From: an uncultured Bacteroidales bacterium | GTDB taxonomy: Bacteria; Bacteroidota; Bacteroidia; Bacteroidales; UBA1402 | NCBI GenBank assembly: GCA_964575345.1 | Contig: CAZNQD010000001.1 | Span: 100,367 to 164,366, forward strand | DNA: 64,000 bases | Direction of reading: 5' to 3' | Shown here: one piece after another, positions 62,898-64,000 of the stretch | Position numbering within the stretch: position 1 is the stretch's first letter | How the letters are laid out: each line of letters starts with the position of its first letter | Made by a program: the position numbers and the translations under genes | Notes under the pieces: generated by a model | Databases searched by the model: none | Told to the model about the DNA's origin: nothing | The model's input: only the letters and a program-made list of their open reading frames with translations

Positions 62898-64000
62898 TTA
62901 TTCTCCGTATATCAAATGACGAGCGTTGTTTATAGCGGCCTGGCTCAAATTGGCGCCGCTTAGCATCAGGGCAATTTCCCTGACTCTTTCTTCTTCGCCG
63001 AGGCGTATGGCCTTGCTTAGGGCCTGTTCGCCCTCTTCGGTTTTAAATACTTTATAATGTTGCTGCCCGCGGGCGGCAATTTGAGGTAAATGGGTAATGC
63101 AGATAACTTGCCGCTTGTGAGCAATCTCTTTCATCAGATCGGCCATTTTATGCGCAATTTCTCCGGAAACGCCGGCATCAATTTCATCAAACAACAAGCA
63201 GGAATAATTGCCTTTGCTTGCCACCAGTGCCTTAAGGCTTAGCATCAGACGGGAGATTTCACCTCCCGAAGCAATTTGGCCAATGGCTTGAGGAGCTATG
63301 TTTTTGTTGGCCGAAAACAAGAAAGTCACTTTGTCCATACCCAGTTCATCGGGCGCCTTTGCTTCTATGTCGATTTTGAAAAGGCCGTGAGGCATACCCA
63401 ACTGTCGCAACTGGGCACTGAGATGGTTTTCGATTTCCCTGCACTGGGCTTTTCTTTTGCCGGATAAGAGTCCGGCTTTTTGAAGGGCAGCCTGAAGGGC
63501 CTCGTCACGCTTTTGCCTGGCGGCATCGAGTAATTCCTGCCCGTGTTCGATAAAAGCGATTCTATCTTCCAGGTCCACTTGTCTGTCCAGCAATTCATCG
63601 AGCTTATTAGCCTTGAATTTTTGCAGCAATTCGTAGAGCAAACTTAGTCTATCCTGAACCTGTTCCCTTAGTTGGGGATTGTATTCCACATCGTTGCACC
63701 AACGGGCAACATCACGCTGCAAATCGTTCAAATCGACAAAAGCGGAATGCATTCTTTCGTGGGCTTCTGTTATCTTAGGCCAAAGCGAAAGCAGTGAGGC
63801 CGATTCCTGTCCGGCCGATTTCAGCAGGCTGCAAATGCCCTGTTCCTCGTCCGAGAGCAGATTTTCTATTTTACTGAGCGCGGCCTTGATTTCTTCGGCA
63901 TGTTCCAATACGGACAATTCCTGTTCCAATTGTTCCTGTTCACCGCTTTTAAAAGCAGCAGAGCGCAGTTGTTCCAGCTGAAAAAGCAGAAAGTCTTGTC
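62898..64000 (-). CDS. recN: DNA repair protein RecN (5' end beyond the window)
   Basis: The frame stays open to base 64000 (...QDFLLFQLEQLRSAAFKSGEQEQLEQEL...). C-terminal SGGEISRLMLSLK and LLFDEIDAGVSG SMC-type motifs. Confidence 0.9.
   Translation of the reverse strand, partial: QDFLLFQLEQLRSAAFKSGEQEQLEQELSVLEHAEEIKAALSKIENLLSDEEQGICSLLKSAGQESASLLSLWPKITEAHERMHSAFVDLNDLQRDVARWCNDVEYNPQLREQVQDRLSLLYELLQKFKANKLDELLDRQVDLEDRIAFIEHGQELLDAARQKRDEALQAALQKAGLLSGKRKAQCREIENHLSAQLRQLGMPHGLFKIDIEAKAPDELGMDKVTFLFSANKNIAPQAIGQIASGGEISRLMLSLKALVASKGNYSCLLFDEIDAGVSGEIAHKMADLMKEIAHKRQVICITHLPQIAARGQQHYKVFKTEEGEQALSKAIRLGEEERVREIALMLSGANLSQAAINNARHLIYGE

Noticed and set aside
1-64000. Apparent enrichment of DNA-repair genes (uvrD-like, uvrA, uvrB, recN) as a repair island or defence system.
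   Set aside because: The genes are dispersed, on different strands, and interleaved with unrelated housekeeping operons. All are canonical single-copy core functions. No nuclease, methylase or toxin partners are present.

Overview
This window looks like an ordinary chromosomal segment of a Bacteroidota genome, probably an anaerobic Bacteroidales- or Marinilabiliales-like organism. The lineage call rests on TAnnTTTG -7 promoter boxes in most intergenic gaps, a T9SS type-B (CHU_C) sorting domain, a bamD-rpoZ-DUF4293 block, and a Bacteroides-type arabinose operon with a Nudix/NrtR-type regulator. I call about 50 protein genes and 4 tRNAs (Gly-GCC, Leu-GAG, Leu-CAG, Lys-CTT). I found no rRNA, CRISPR array, transposase, integrase or phage gene.

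Main blocks:
- DNA repair and RNA-modification housekeeping genes: uvrD-like (5' partial), uvrA, uvrB, recN (5' partial), rluA-family, rlmD, rlmB.
- Two paralogous phenylacetate-CoA ligase + ACT-domain pairs.
- A surface-glycan locus at 8.6-15.9 kb: two tandem FdtA-like ketoisomerases, a DegT aminotransferase, an unassigned 507-aa protein, a GT2, an O-antigen-ligase-like protein and EpsG.
- A kduI-SDR-galM-SGLT-araR-araD-araA-araB-tkt sugar block.
- A DUF362(Tat)-polyferredoxin-tatA-tatC operon.
- Two tandem large outer-membrane barrel paralogs.

Best candidates for undescribed biology:
1. A two-gene unit (31.8-34.8 kb) encoding a secreted protein with an extremely Tyr/Trp-rich zone and a ~250-residue Ser/Arg tail, followed by a FadL/PorV-like barrel.
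2. The Tat-linked DUF362 / NapH-NapG-like fusion operon, which carries an internal KR Tat-like signal.
3. Gly/Arg/Met-rich tails after the terminal strand of both tandem barrels.
4. A 12-Cys tail on the lipoprotein aldose epimerase.

All functional calls come from motif and family recognition by eye. No database search was run.
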